NCBI RefSeq assembly: GCF_020885515.1
Contig: NZ_AP024987.1
Coordinates: 300,001-332,000, forward strand
Length of the DNA: 32,000 nucleotides
DNA from: a cyanobacterium endosymbiont of Braarudosphaera bigelowii
Lineage (GTDB): Bacteria > Cyanobacteriota > Cyanobacteriia > Cyanobacteriales > Microcystaceae
Direction of reading: 5' to 3'
Each line of letters starts with the position of its first letter. Within the stretch, counting starts at the first letter, position 1. The translations under genes were made by a program, and so were the position numbers. Of the stretch, positions 1 to 9,788 are shown piece by piece. Below the pieces are notes generated by a model, which was not told where the DNA came from, searched no databases, and saw only the letters and a list, made by a program, of their open reading frames with translations.

Positions 1-174
1 AATCAATTTTTAATATAGATTACTAATTAATAGTATCCATTTAGTCTAAATTATAGTCAGAATATATTATGTTTTTGTATATCAGTTTTTCTTTATATAG
101 TTATTTTGCAATTGATTACAATCACACAAAAAATTAGTTCAGTAATTAAATTTTTTATAGAGTTAATATCTAAT

Positions 175-633
175 ATGCATCATGTATCCATTCGTACAGC
201 TAATATCCAGAAAGCAATAGCTTTTTATGAAGTTTTAGGCTTTACTATCGAAAATCGTTTTGTTATAGATTATACCTTAGCATGTTGGATGGAAGGCTTA
301 GGAGGGAGAATTGAATTGATTGAAATTCCTGAACCTAAGGCAACTCAAAATATTTTTGAAGATAATCATTATATTGGTTATTATCATATATCTTTTAACT
401 TGACCCACTATACTTCTGATCTATCTATATGGTTGGATCAGTTAAAAATTAATTTTTCTCAATACGCTCAAGAGAATCTTGATAATTGTTCATATCCAAT
501 AATTTTACTTGAACCTCATAAACAAGTTATTGGCGATAAACTTTATGAAATAGCATTTATCCAAGATCAGGATGGATTGCCACTAGAATTTATTCGAATT
601 TTAGAGAATAGTAAGCAGACTTTTAGCTGTTAA
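175..633 (+). CDS. VOC (glyoxalase/bleomycin-resistance/dioxygenase) family protein
   Basis: The N-terminus MHHVSIRTANIQKAIAFYEVLGF is a typical VOC beta-alpha-beta-beta-beta opening. The track ORF starts at a TTG at 106, but the ATG at 175 gives the canonical family N-terminus. Confidence 0.6.
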   Translation: MHHVSIRTANIQKAIAFYEVLGFTIENRFVIDYTLACWMEGLGGRIELIEIPEPKATQNIFEDNHYIGYYHISFNLTHYTSDLSIWLDQLKINFSQYAQENLDNCSYPIILLEPHKQVIGDKLYEIAFIQDQDGLPLEFIRILENSKQTFSC

Positions 634-704
634 ATACTATTTTTAATCTAATTACTTTTTTACATAGGAGATATATTGCAAAACTTATCTTTCCTAACAA
701 TATG

Positions 705-757
705 AAAATACTATCAAATTATTCTTGTGTAAACAAAAATCTATTTGATAGTATTTT
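705..757. terminator. Candidate bidirectional terminator hairpin between the convergent VOC gene and ctaE
   Basis: Perfect 15-bp inverted repeat AAAATACTATCAAAT (705-719) / ATTTGATAGTATTTT (743-757) with a 23-nt loop. The arms end in an A-run and a T-run, so either strand reads stem followed by UUUU. Confidence 0.45.
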
Positions 758-766
758 AAACGAAAT

Positions 767-1354
767 TTAAAGTAAATAAACTAATACAAAAAGGACAATC
801 CAAACTACATCGACAAAGTGCCAATAAATTTCTGCTGCTTCAACACCAAAATGAGATTCACTTGTATAGTGTCCTTCTTTAGAAGAGCGCCATAGAACTG
901 CTAATATTAATAAGAGTCCGAAAGATACATGTAATCCATGGAACCCTGTTAAAACATAAAAACAGCTAGCAAATAAATTTGTAGTTAGTCCCATTTCCAA
1001 GTGAAAATACTCATACATTTGACCGGCAAGAAAGATAAAACCCATTAAAGCCGTTATTCCGAACCAAAGCTTTAGTCCGGAAACATCGTTTTTCTTGATA
1101 GCAGCCTGTCCTTTATGCATAACAAAACTACTAGAAATTAAAATAATGGTATTAATTCCAGGTAACAGTAGTTCTAGCTCTGGCGTTCCTGTCGGTGGCC
1201 AAATAGGCATTACAGTCTTGTAGACTAAAAACGCACTAAATAGCCCTAGAAAAATAGAACTTTCTGCTATTAAGAATAAGACTAAACCGAATAACCTATG
1301 ATCATGATGAACATGATTAGTCTCATGAGATTTTTGAATTGCTGAACCTTGCAT
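767..1354 (-). CDS. ctaE: Cytochrome c oxidase subunit III
   Basis: 195-aa polytopic protein with a histidine-rich N-terminus (HETNHVHHDHRLFG) and the C-terminal motif YWHFVDVVWIVLF typical of COX3. It lies directly downstream of ctaD. Confidence 0.9.
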   Translation of the reverse strand: MQGSAIQKSHETNHVHHDHRLFGLVLFLIAESSIFLGLFSAFLVYKTVMPIWPPTGTPELELLLPGINTIILISSSFVMHKGQAAIKKNDVSGLKLWFGITALMGFIFLAGQMYEYFHLEMGLTTNLFASCFYVLTGFHGLHVSFGLLLILAVLWRSSKEGHYTSESHFGVEAAEIYWHFVDVVWIVLFVLVYLL

Positions 1355-1399
1355 AACAAATTAAATGTTGAAATGATTTAATGAAGAGTATAAACAAAT

Positions 1400-1465
1400 G
1401 GGAAATGGCAAAGTTATGTTGCTTTACTACATTTCCCTATGGGCTATCTTTCCTGGGAAAGATAG
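1400..1465 (-). other. Two intercistronic stem-loops in the ctaD-ctaE spacer
   Basis: CTATCTTTCC/GGAAAGATAG is a perfect 10-bp stem (1444-1453/1456-1465). GGGAAATG/CATTTCCC is an 8-bp stem (1400-1407/1430-1437). Both lie between the ctaD stop (1475) and the ctaE start (1354). Confidence 0.5.
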
Positions 1466-1474
1466 AAATACGAC

Positions 1475-3142
1475 TTATTTAGAGTTAGAACCTGTTTCAG
1501 TTAGGGTATCTCCAAAAACCTTCTCAAAATCGAATTCTTCAGAGTTTAATCCATAATCATATGGACCTGCCCATAGGACTGGTTTTCCATCAAAATTTTC
1601 AATTGCTGGGGGAGATGATGTTTGCCATTCTAAAGTATACGCTCTCCAAGGATTACGGCTAACTTTTTCACCGTTAAACAGACTGAGGAATACATTTATA
1701 ATGAAAGGTAAAGTTGATAAACCAAGTATATAAGCCCCTATAGTCGCAATTTGATTCAACGGCTGAAATTGAACATCGTATAGTGCTATACGGCGATTCA
1801 TTCCTAATAATCCTAATTCATGCATTGGCATGAATGATATATTTAATCCGATAAATAATAAAGCACAATGAGCTTTTCCAAGTGCATCATTAAACATCCT
1901 ACCTGTCATTTTTGGAAACCAATGGTAGAATCCTGCAAACAATCCCATGGATGCTCCACCAAAAAGAACATAGTGAAAGTGAGCTACTACAAAATAGGTA
2001 TCATGAACATGAATATCAAAGGGAACCGAAGATAACATAACTCCAGTCAATCCACCCATTGTGAAAATAGTAAGAAAGCCTACTCCAAAGAAGAAAGGAG
2101 TATTTAGGTTAATTTTTCCTCCCCAAATCGTTGCACACCAACCAAATACTTTGATACCTGTAGGGATAGCAATTAGCATTGTAGCAGCCATGAAAAATAT
2201 TCTTAACCATCCAGGTATTCCACTGGTAAACATATGGTGTGCCCAAACAATTAAACCAAGAAAACTAATTCCTAGACTAGAATAGGCAATAGCACGGTAA
2301 CCAAAAATAGGTTTTCTTACATGTACAGGTAGAACTTCAGAAATAACCCCAAAAAAGGGCAAAATCATAATATAAACTGCTGGGTGAGAATAAAACCAAA
2401 ACATGTGTTGGTAAAGTACTGGATCACCACCACCTGCAGGATTGAAAAAACTAGTTCCAGCAATTAAATCAAAAGATAAAAGAACTAATGCTGCCGCCAA
2501 TACAGGAGTAGATAATAAGATCAAAGTAGAGGTTGCTAGCATAGACCAACAAAACAGTGGCATGCTATGCAAATCCATTTCTTTGATTCGCATTTTTAAT
2601 ATAGTAGTTAGAAAATTTATGGATCCTAAAATCGAAGAAGTTCCTATTAGTAGAACACTTAAGATCCAGATTTCTTCACCCCATATTCCACTCACTAAAC
2701 TTAAAGGTGGATAGGAAGTCCATCCAGCTTGTGCAGCTCCACCATCAACAAAAAAGCTTAGTAATAGTAAGAGGCCTCCTGGTGGTGTTAACCAAAAAGC
2801 TACTGCATTAAGAGTAGGAAAGGCCATATCTTCAGTCCCAACCATTAAAGGGATTAAGTAATTGGCAAAAGCTGCTCCTGCAGGTACGATCCACAAAAAG
2901 ATCATAATTGTGCCATGCATAGTCAAAACCTGATTGTACAAGAAAGGAGTTACAAAATCAGGGTCAGGAGTAGCTAATTCTATTCTAAGAACTTCAGCAA
3001 GAGCTCCACCTATAAAATAAAAAAGAAAGGATGTGACTAGATACTGAATTCCAATAACCTTATGGTCTGTACAAAAGGTAAAGTAATCTGTCCATTTCCT
3101 TTGTTGATGTTCTGTTTGGGTTGATTCGATGATGGTTGTCAT
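1475..3142 (-). CDS. ctaD: Cytochrome c oxidase subunit I (heme-copper oxidase)
   Basis: 555 aa with hallmark COX1 segments: WFYSHPAVYIMILPFFG, VWAHHMFT, HDTYFVVAHFHYVL. Confidence 0.95.
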   Translation of the reverse strand: MTTIIESTQTEHQQRKWTDYFTFCTDHKVIGIQYLVTSFLFYFIGGALAEVLRIELATPDPDFVTPFLYNQVLTMHGTIMIFLWIVPAGAAFANYLIPLMVGTEDMAFPTLNAVAFWLTPPGGLLLLLSFFVDGGAAQAGWTSYPPLSLVSGIWGEEIWILSVLLIGTSSILGSINFLTTILKMRIKEMDLHSMPLFCWSMLATSTLILLSTPVLAAALVLLSFDLIAGTSFFNPAGGGDPVLYQHMFWFYSHPAVYIMILPFFGVISEVLPVHVRKPIFGYRAIAYSSLGISFLGLIVWAHHMFTSGIPGWLRIFFMAATMLIAIPTGIKVFGWCATIWGGKINLNTPFFFGVGFLTIFTMGGLTGVMLSSVPFDIHVHDTYFVVAHFHYVLFGGASMGLFAGFYHWFPKMTGRMFNDALGKAHCALLFIGLNISFMPMHELGLLGMNRRIALYDVQFQPLNQIATIGAYILGLSTLPFIINVFLSLFNGEKVSRNPWRAYTLEWQTSSPPAIENFDGKPVLWAGPYDYGLNSEEFDFEKVFGDTLTETGSNSK

Positions 3143-3216
3143 AGAATTTTAATCAATAAATTAAGCTAAACCTAGATAAAGGATTACAAATAAGATTCCG
3201 AGTCAAGATTTTAATC

Positions 3217-4155
3217 TTAAGAGTCGTGATGAGGATAATTATTAGGCAGCTCAGCCACAGTATCTTTCTCTGTACCCATATTCTCAATATAGGGAGTTAG
3301 GAATTTTTCGTTAGAAGAATTATTATCAACAGTTAAAGTTTTTTCAAGATGCGCTTCTTGAATAGGTTTATTGGATTTTAACCATTCATCATAAGAATCT
3401 TGGCTATCAACATGAAGAACAGATTTCATTCCTCCATGATAAGGGCCACATAATTCTGCACAAACAATAGGATAATCTCCTTCAACTGTAGGAATAAAAG
3501 AAATAATACTTTTACGTCCTGGAATAGTATCTTGTTTTAAACGTAGCTGAGGTACCCAAAAAGCATGAAGTACATCTTTTGCAGTCATATCAAGTTGAAC
3601 TGGACGATTATTAGGAACATGAAGTTCACCAGATACAATACCTGTTTCTGGATATGTAAAGAGCCAAGCATATTGCATGGCTTGGACATCTACAGATAAA
3701 ACATCTTTTCCAAATGATTTTCCAATTCCTAAAGCTATTTGATCATCATGACTATTTATTGCTATTTGTTGAGGAGGAGAATCTTTAGTATTAACAGGAT
3801 CTAGTCCTCCAAGCTTGTTATAAGTTTGAAAACTATAAAAAGCAAGAACAAAAACGATCATTACAGGAATAGCTGTCCATACTACTTCTAAAGCGACATT
3901 TCCTTCAATATGAGGTCCATCACTAGTATCTCCTTTCCGACGACGAAATTTGAAAAGACTATAAACTAAAGACCCTTCCACCAAAAGGAAAAGTCCTGTA
4001 GCGATAGTCATCATAAAATTAAATAATTTATCCACTTCTTCTGCGTTTTCAGAAGCGGCTACTGGCATTAATCCATGATTTTGGCCATACCAGAGACTGA
4101 TTAATGTGATAAGAACACCAGCTATAAGGGTGATAATACTACTTGGGATGTTCAC
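3217..4155 (-). CDS. ctaC: Cytochrome c oxidase subunit II (CuA subunit)
   Basis: Two N-terminal TM helices and the CuA ligand motif H...CAELCGPYHGGM. GTG start at 4155. First gene of the ctaCDE operon. Confidence 0.9.
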   Translation of the reverse strand: MNIPSSIITLIAGVLITLISLWYGQNHGLMPVAASENAEEVDKLFNFMMTIATGLFLLVEGSLVYSLFKFRRRKGDTSDGPHIEGNVALEVVWTAIPVMIVFVLAFYSFQTYNKLGGLDPVNTKDSPPQQIAINSHDDQIALGIGKSFGKDVLSVDVQAMQYAWLFTYPETGIVSGELHVPNNRPVQLDMTAKDVLHAFWVPQLRLKQDTIPGRKSIISFIPTVEGDYPIVCAELCGPYHGGMKSVLHVDSQDSYDEWLKSNKPIQEAHLEKTLTVDNNSSNEKFLTPYIENMGTEKDTVAELPNNYPHHDS

Positions 4156-4433
4156 GGCTATTAAATAAATTAGACGATTACCTATTTAATAACATTAAAG
4201 CTAAGTCTCTAAAAAAATTGGTTTTTTATAACAGATCTATTAATCTTTTTTATTTCTTTAGGATCCAATTAAGTTATGACCCATATGATTTAGGAAGATA
4301 CAACTAAAAATAAATACTAAATTTTTCTGCGAAAGAATTTTAGATAAATATTTTATATATTATATTCTATGATTAAGTAGCAAAGAAAAATCTTCCATTA
4401 GAATCAAAGTATTAAATTTGTTTTAAAAAATTA

Positions 4434-4465
4434 AAAGTAATATTAGCTGTAGCTAATATTACTTT
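4434..4465. promoter_or_regulatory. 32-bp near-perfect palindrome abutting a TATAAT box upstream of the 4524 gene
   Basis: AAAGTAATATTAGCT gt AGCTAATATTACTTT has perfect 15-bp arms. TATAAT sits at 4470-4475, about 50 bp upstream of the ATG at 4524. The palindrome lies in the divergent ctaC/4524 spacer. Confidence 0.3.
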
Positions 4466-4523
4466 AGAATATAATTTAATTAATTCGAAAGATTTTTCAT
4501 TTATTGTCTTCATTATTTGGAAC

Positions 4524-5288
4524 ATGGAAACTCAACAACATAAATTTAACTTAATTACTAATGTCACTGGAGAGCCTTACCAACCAACCAGACTTTACTA
4601 TAATATATCCAATAAGGAATCAGTTTTAAATATTTTTCGTAAATTACAATGTATAGAGTTCGATCCTTCAAGTGATCGCTGGTATTGGTTTTATTCTGAA
4701 GAAGCAAAAAAAATTCGATTTGAAAAATCTTATAATAAAATTTCTAAAGAAAGTGGCAATATTTCTTTGGGGTACTTTATTTTTCTTGATAATCAAACAA
4801 TGATTCTAGAGGCTCGTTCTTTCCAAAGAATATTGGCAGCGATAAATTTTTTTAAAACTAGACTTAATTGGCGTATAGCAGAACCAGTTAAATTGCGTTT
4901 AATTAATAAATTATTTAGCTGTTCGCCTGAAGAAAAACCTGAACCTCCCAGTTCTTTTGCGGAATTTTTTGATCAAGATAATAAAAATATCGTTACACAT
5001 AATCCTGAAGACTTAGCTAAAGAAATAGAACTTATAAGTAGTCAACATAAAACTGAAACAGAAAAAGATGAAGCAATAGCTAGTTATATGGCAAATAAAT
5101 CTAAACGTCCTCTATCTGAAATTGAAGAAATTACCGTTAGTGTCCATGATCATGGATTATCAATTTTAGAAATGGCATTGAAAATGAGACAAATTGAAGC
5201 TTGGGAACATTGGCAAGGAAATGAACATTTTACTCAACATGATTTAATTCAAAAGATACTTGAAAATATACCAGACCATACTTCTTAA
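4524..5288 (+). CDS. Hypothetical protein (254 aa), no family recognised
   Basis: Long ORF with non-random composition. The N-terminal ~140 aa look globular (DRWYWFYSEEAKKIRFEK) and the C-terminal half is acidic and helical. It is divergent from ctaC. Confidence 0.6.
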   Translation: METQQHKFNLITNVTGEPYQPTRLYYNISNKESVLNIFRKLQCIEFDPSSDRWYWFYSEEAKKIRFEKSYNKISKESGNISLGYFIFLDNQTMILEARSFQRILAAINFFKTRLNWRIAEPVKLRLINKLFSCSPEEKPEPPSSFAEFFDQDNKNIVTHNPEDLAKEIELISSQHKTETEKDEAIASYMANKSKRPLSEIEEITVSVHDHGLSILEMALKMRQIEAWEHWQGNEHFTQHDLIQKILENIPDHTS

Positions 5289-5347
5289 AGATTGATAACA
5301 GATTTAAGTTTTCATTTTTTTAAACTACTACATAGTTTTATTAATAT

Positions 5348-5374
5348 CTATTTACTAATATTGTAAATAGTTTT
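5348..5374 (+). terminator. Candidate intrinsic terminator of the 4524-5288 gene
   Basis: CTATTTAC-taatatt-GTAAATAG (8-bp stem) followed directly by TTTT, 60 nt after the stop codon. Confidence 0.4.
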
Positions 5375-5524
5375 AACTTTTCATCATCACGCAGGTATAT
5401 TAATCATGTCATAACAAAAAAATCATTATTTTAGGAAAAAATGATGATTTTAATCATCAACGACTAGGTCGTTTCTATTTTGGTTAATACTAAAGTTCAA
5501 AACAATAAATCATAATCTCAATAT

Positions 5525-6880
5525 ATGAGTCAACAAAATAATCTTATTAAGCTAAATATAGTTGACATAAATGATAATGGAGAAGGTGTAGGTAAATTTG
5601 AAGAAAAAATTATTTTCGTTCCTGATACAGTTACAGGAGATGTTGTTTTAGTATCTCTAAATTTTATTAAACGACAATATGCATATGGAAAAGTAAAAGA
5701 AATTATTCATTCTTCTCCCTATAGAGTTCGTCCAAATTGTATCGTTTCAGATAAATGCGGTGGCTGCCAATGGCAACATATTTCTCCTGAATATCAGCTT
5801 CATATCAAACAGAATAAGATTGTTCAGTCCTTACGAAGAATAGGTAGATTTAAAGATATTTCCGTTCTACCAATCTTATCGTCATCAGAAATATTTGGTT
5901 ATCGAAATAAAGCTACTTACCCTCTAAGTTATTCAAAATCTGGAAATGTGCATGCAGGATATTACCAACGCCATACCCATAAGTTAATTAATATTAATCA
6001 ATGTCCAATACAAGATTCTCGATTAAATTCCTTTTTAGCTGAAATTAAATTAGATATAGAAAAGCAGAGATGGACTATTTATAATGAAAAGACTTATGAG
6101 GGACAACTGCGTCATTTAGCTTTGCGTATTGGACACAGTACTGGAGAAGTTTTATTGACTCTTGTTAGTACTAGTAGTCATATTAATGAAATCAAAAAAC
6201 AAGCAAACCTATGGCTAGAAAAATATCCAAATTTGATTGGGGTTTTAATAAATCAAAATTCCGAAAAGAGTAATAAAATTTTTGGGGATAAAACTTTTAG
6301 TATTGTTGGAGAACCTTTTTTAAAAGAAAATTTTTTTAACATTGATTTTAAGCTAAGACCTGACACCTTTTTTCAAGTAAATACTCAAAGTGCAGAAACA
6401 CTATTACATTCCTTATTAGATAACTTAATACTAACCGGTAAAGAAAAAATAGTTGATGCTTATTGTGGAATTGGTACTTTTACTTTGCCTCTTGCAAAAA
6501 GAGTTAGCCATGCTACTGGAATTGAAATTAGTTATGATTCTATTGAACAGGCTAAGACTAATGCTAAGGCAAATAACATAGACAATGTAGTATTTTACCA
6601 AGGCGCAGTAAAAGATATATTACCTTCACTAAATATTTCACCTGATATTGTTTTGTTGGATCCTCCTCGAAAAGGTTGTGAAGATGGTGTTATCGAGACA
6701 TTAAGAAGAGTTCGTCCACCTCTGATTATCTATATAAGTTGTCAACCTTCAACGTTAGCTCGTGATTTAAAAAAAATATGCCATCAGAACTTATATAAAA
6801 TCCTATGGATACAACCAGTTGATTTTTTTCCCCAAACACCTCATGTAGAATCAATCGTAGCAATTAGACATATAGTTTAA
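5525..6880 (+). CDS. rlmD: 23S rRNA (uracil-C5)-methyltransferase, RumA/RlmD family
   Basis: N-terminal TRAM-like domain, Cys cluster CxxxxxxCGGCxW for the 4Fe-4S site, SAM motif DAYCGIGTFTLPLA, catalytic DPPRKG, and a late Cys (YISCQPSTLARD). Confidence 0.85.
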   Translation: MSQQNNLIKLNIVDINDNGEGVGKFEEKIIFVPDTVTGDVVLVSLNFIKRQYAYGKVKEIIHSSPYRVRPNCIVSDKCGGCQWQHISPEYQLHIKQNKIVQSLRRIGRFKDISVLPILSSSEIFGYRNKATYPLSYSKSGNVHAGYYQRHTHKLININQCPIQDSRLNSFLAEIKLDIEKQRWTIYNEKTYEGQLRHLALRIGHSTGEVLLTLVSTSSHINEIKKQANLWLEKYPNLIGVLINQNSEKSNKIFGDKTFSIVGEPFLKENFFNIDFKLRPDTFFQVNTQSAETLLHSLLDNLILTGKEKIVDAYCGIGTFTLPLAKRVSHATGIEISYDSIEQAKTNAKANNIDNVVFYQGAVKDILPSLNISPDIVLLDPPRKGCEDGVIETLRRVRPPLIIYISCQPSTLARDLKKICHQNLYKILWIQPVDFFPQTPHVESIVAIRHIV

Positions 6881-7059
6881 TATAATGTTACATTAAGTAA
6901 AATCAGCTTAATAATATTTCTCATATATTAAAACTTATCATTAGATTCGTCATATGAAACATTCGCGAATCTAAGATAAATAAAGTAGATAATTGCTGAA
7001 AACATTGCGATTAGCTAAAGGTTAAATTTCGTAACATATTGTTCAAGAGGTGACAGCAG

Positions 7060-7551
7060 ATGGTTGCTATTTCCCTACCGCCAACAAAGCGATATGGTCG
7101 TACAATGAGCTTCACATCAACGTTATATCTATTTCCAATTCTTGATTTATTGTTAACTGAAGTTCCAGACGAATTGAGACCAGAAATAAGATTAGGCTTA
7201 CAAGAAGCACTTGTTAATGCAGCGAAGCATGGTAACAAGCTTGATCCATCAAAATTTGTTGTTGTTCAGTTTTTCATAAATGAAAATGATGGATATTCAT
7301 GGATAATAGCGGATCAAGGAGTAGGATTTACTTCCCATAATAATTACAAAAAATGTGCTAACAAAGGATTTCCTTCTGATGATTCTGAAAATGGTAGAGG
7401 TTTTTATGTACTTAATGAGATTTTTGATCAAGTTCATTGGGATCAAAAGAAAACTCAATTAAGATTGTCTAAGCATATTAAAAAATTTAAAACAACAACT
7501 TTTTCTTTTTTTACGTTGTTTGTAAGTGGCTTTAAATTGAGGATTTATTAA
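7060..7551 (+). CDS. RsbW-like anti-sigma factor / serine kinase (HATPase_c domain)
   Basis: N-box EALVNAAKHGN, G1 DQGVGF, G2 GRGFYVL. An alternative start at ATG 7105 (MSFTSTLY...) is possible. No STAS or PP2C partner gene is adjacent. Confidence 0.7.
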   Translation: MVAISLPPTKRYGRTMSFTSTLYLFPILDLLLTEVPDELRPEIRLGLQEALVNAAKHGNKLDPSKFVVVQFFINENDGYSWIIADQGVGFTSHNNYKKCANKGFPSDDSENGRGFYVLNEIFDQVHWDQKKTQLRLSKHIKKFKTTTFSFFTLFVSGFKLRIY

Positions 7552-7736
7552 TTTAAAAAAATATTAGACTATTAATATAAATTAAATGGATATATCGAAT
7601 ATTGTAATTTATTAATCTAATACCTACAAACTAATTATTATTGATAAAAAAATTACCTAAATGTGAAACTTAATTCATGATATTCATACGTTACAATAAA
7701 GTGATATTAAATTTAAAGATAAATAAAACTAGTTAA

Positions 7737-8729
7737 GTGGCAAAAATATTAGTAACGGGAGCAGCTGGTTTCATTGGATTTCATTTAAGTCAATATCTTC
7801 TAAAAAATGATAATAACATTATTATTGGTATTGATAACTTGAATTCTTATTACGAAGTTTCACTTAAAAAAGCACGTCTTAATCAACTGAAAACCGAGAA
7901 GAATTTTACTTTTTGTTTGGTAGATATAGCTAATCAAAAGCATATTTCTCAAATATTTGCTGAGCATAAATTTGATTATGTTGTCCATTTGGCTGCTCAA
8001 GCTGGCGTTCGTTATTCCATAGAAAATCCATATACTTATGTCGATAGTAATTTAACTGGTTTTATTAATATCCTAGAAAGCTGTCGCCACGGAGATATAA
8101 AACATTTAGTTTATGCCTCATCTAGTTCTGTGTATGGGGCTAATACAAAAATTCCTTTTTCTGTTTCAGACAATGTTGATCATCCTCTAAGTTTATATGC
8201 AGCTACAAAAAAAGCTAACGAATTAATGGCATACACTTATAGTCATTTATATAAGATTCCTACAACAGGATTACGTTTTTTTACAGTTTATGGTCCCTGG
8301 GGAAGACCAGATATGGCGTATTTTTTGTTTACAAAATCAATATTATCAGGCCAACCTATTAACGTTTTCAATCAAGGTAATATGAGAAGAGATTTTACAT
8401 ATATTGAAGATATTGTTGAAGGAGTTACAAAAGTGATATACAAAGTACCTGTAAATTCTAAAGCTAATGGTATAGAACTACAAGTTCCATACAAAATTTA
8501 TAATATTGGAAATAATACACCTGTAGACCTTAAACATTTTATTGAAATACTAGAGAAATGTTTAGGACGTCAAGCTATTAAAAAGTATTTACCAATGCAG
8601 CCAGGAGATGTACCAATTACTTATGCAAATATAGATAATTTAGCGAAAGATATAGGCTTTAAGCCTAGTACTGATTTAACAATAGGTTTAGAAAAATTCG
8701 TAAGTTGGTATCGAGAATATTATAAATAA
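7737..8729 (+). CDS. NAD-dependent nucleotide-sugar epimerase (UDP-glucuronate 4-epimerase-like SDR)
   Basis: Rossmann motif VTGAAGFIGFHL, extended-SDR catalytic YAATKKANE (YxxxK), 330 aa. GTG start. Confidence 0.85.
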   Translation: MAKILVTGAAGFIGFHLSQYLLKNDNNIIIGIDNLNSYYEVSLKKARLNQLKTEKNFTFCLVDIANQKHISQIFAEHKFDYVVHLAAQAGVRYSIENPYTYVDSNLTGFINILESCRHGDIKHLVYASSSSVYGANTKIPFSVSDNVDHPLSLYAATKKANELMAYTYSHLYKIPTTGLRFFTVYGPWGRPDMAYFLFTKSILSGQPINVFNQGNMRRDFTYIEDIVEGVTKVIYKVPVNSKANGIELQVPYKIYNIGNNTPVDLKHFIEILEKCLGRQAIKKYLPMQPGDVPITYANIDNLAKDIGFKPSTDLTIGLEKFVSWYREYYK

Positions 8730-8738
8730 TATAAATGA

Positions 8739-9788
8739 TTAATAGGATTTAAGATATTGATAAATAGCTTTAGAAAATTTTTGAATTAATTCCCTACCAG
8801 CCGGATCATCATAGCTTCTTTCTACAAAAATTGCTCCAATATAACGTTTCCCAGTTGGCATGTCAATAATACCTGCATCTGCAATAATAGTGCCAATATC
8901 TCCAGTTTTATGAGCAATACTTGCATTTTTTTCTAATCCTTTTGGCAACAAAGTTTTTGTCTTAGTTTCCCTCATAATATTTAAAAAACGATCACGTGAT
9001 CTTAAACTAATCAAGTCTCCTCTTTCTATTCTTAATAAAAGTTTAGTCAAATCTTCAGGGCTAGTTCTGTTAGTACCGTTTAAATCCGGTAAAGGATTGT
9101 TAATAACTGTTTGTTTCATTCCCCACTTTTTAAAGCGTTCATTTAAAAAAAACTTTCCACCAATTTGTCGTACTAATAATTCAGTAGCTGTATTATCGCT
9201 AATGATAATCATTTTTCTAGCAATTTCTAGAGCAGTAAATTGTTTACCTGCTTGCATATACTGCATATTTCCTGAACCACTAACGATCATCTCTTTATCC
9301 ATAGTTATCATCTGATCAAGAGAAATATCTCCAGCATCAACCTTTTCAAAAAAAGCTATTAGAACAGGAATCTTGATAGTACTAGCTGCAGATATAGATT
9401 TAGTTCCGTTAAAATTAACATAAGTATTACTATCTAAATCAAAAAACCATGCTTTAGGCTGAACATCTGGATACTTTATGTTAATGTCTTCTAACTGCTT
9501 TTTAAGGATAATTAATTCTTGTGGTTTAAATTTTTCATTACTATTGTTAAGTAATTCTTTAGAAGAAAGTAAATTGTTATTGAATTTTTTTGTTGAATAG
9601 AAAGAGGTTTTATATTTAGAATTTAGTATAGGAAGTGTTGTCCCTATAGCTATGCTGATACCAGCCCCAATAATGCTAAGGCGTATAATATATATGAAAA
9701 TCTTACTTAATATGTTAGAGGAAAGTTTTGCAATTAATTTACGGTATTTTGCATGATTCATAAAAACTTTTTTAATCTGTAATTTCAT
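8739..9788 (-). CDS. Class A beta-lactamase-related serine hydrolase with N-terminal membrane anchor
   Basis: All three class A motifs are present: STIK (SxxK), SDN (IISDNTATE) and KTG (HKTGDIG). There is an N-terminal TM segment. Confidence 0.7.
   Translation of the reverse strand: MKLQIKKVFMNHAKYRKLIAKLSSNILSKIFIYIIRLSIIGAGISIAIGTTLPILNSKYKTSFYSTKKFNNNLLSSKELLNNSNEKFKPQELIILKKQLEDINIKYPDVQPKAWFFDLDSNTYVNFNGTKSISAASTIKIPVLIAFFEKVDAGDISLDQMITMDKEMIVSGSGNMQYMQAGKQFTALEIARKMIIISDNTATELLVRQIGGKFFLNERFKKWGMKQTVINNPLPDLNGTNRTSPEDLTKLLLRIERGDLISLRSRDRFLNIMRETKTKTLLPKGLEKNASIAHKTGDIGTIIADAGIIDMPTGKRYIGAIFVERSYDDPAGRELIQKFSKAIYQYLKSY

Noticed and set aside
2061-2714. Track ORFs 2061-2285 and 2442-2714 on the plus strand
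   Set aside because: They lie entirely antisense to the highly conserved ctaD. Their translations are low-complexity and basic, typical of shadow ORFs opposite a membrane-protein gene.
7011-7238. 75-aa minus-strand ORF overlapping the start of the HATPase gene
   Set aside because: It overlaps a gene with clear N-box/G-box motifs, has no recognisable features and no start context. I treat it as a shadow ORF.
9097-9315. 72-aa plus-strand ORF
   Set aside because: It is antisense inside the beta-lactamase-like gene, which carries the SxxK/SDN/KTG motifs. I treat it as a shadow ORF.
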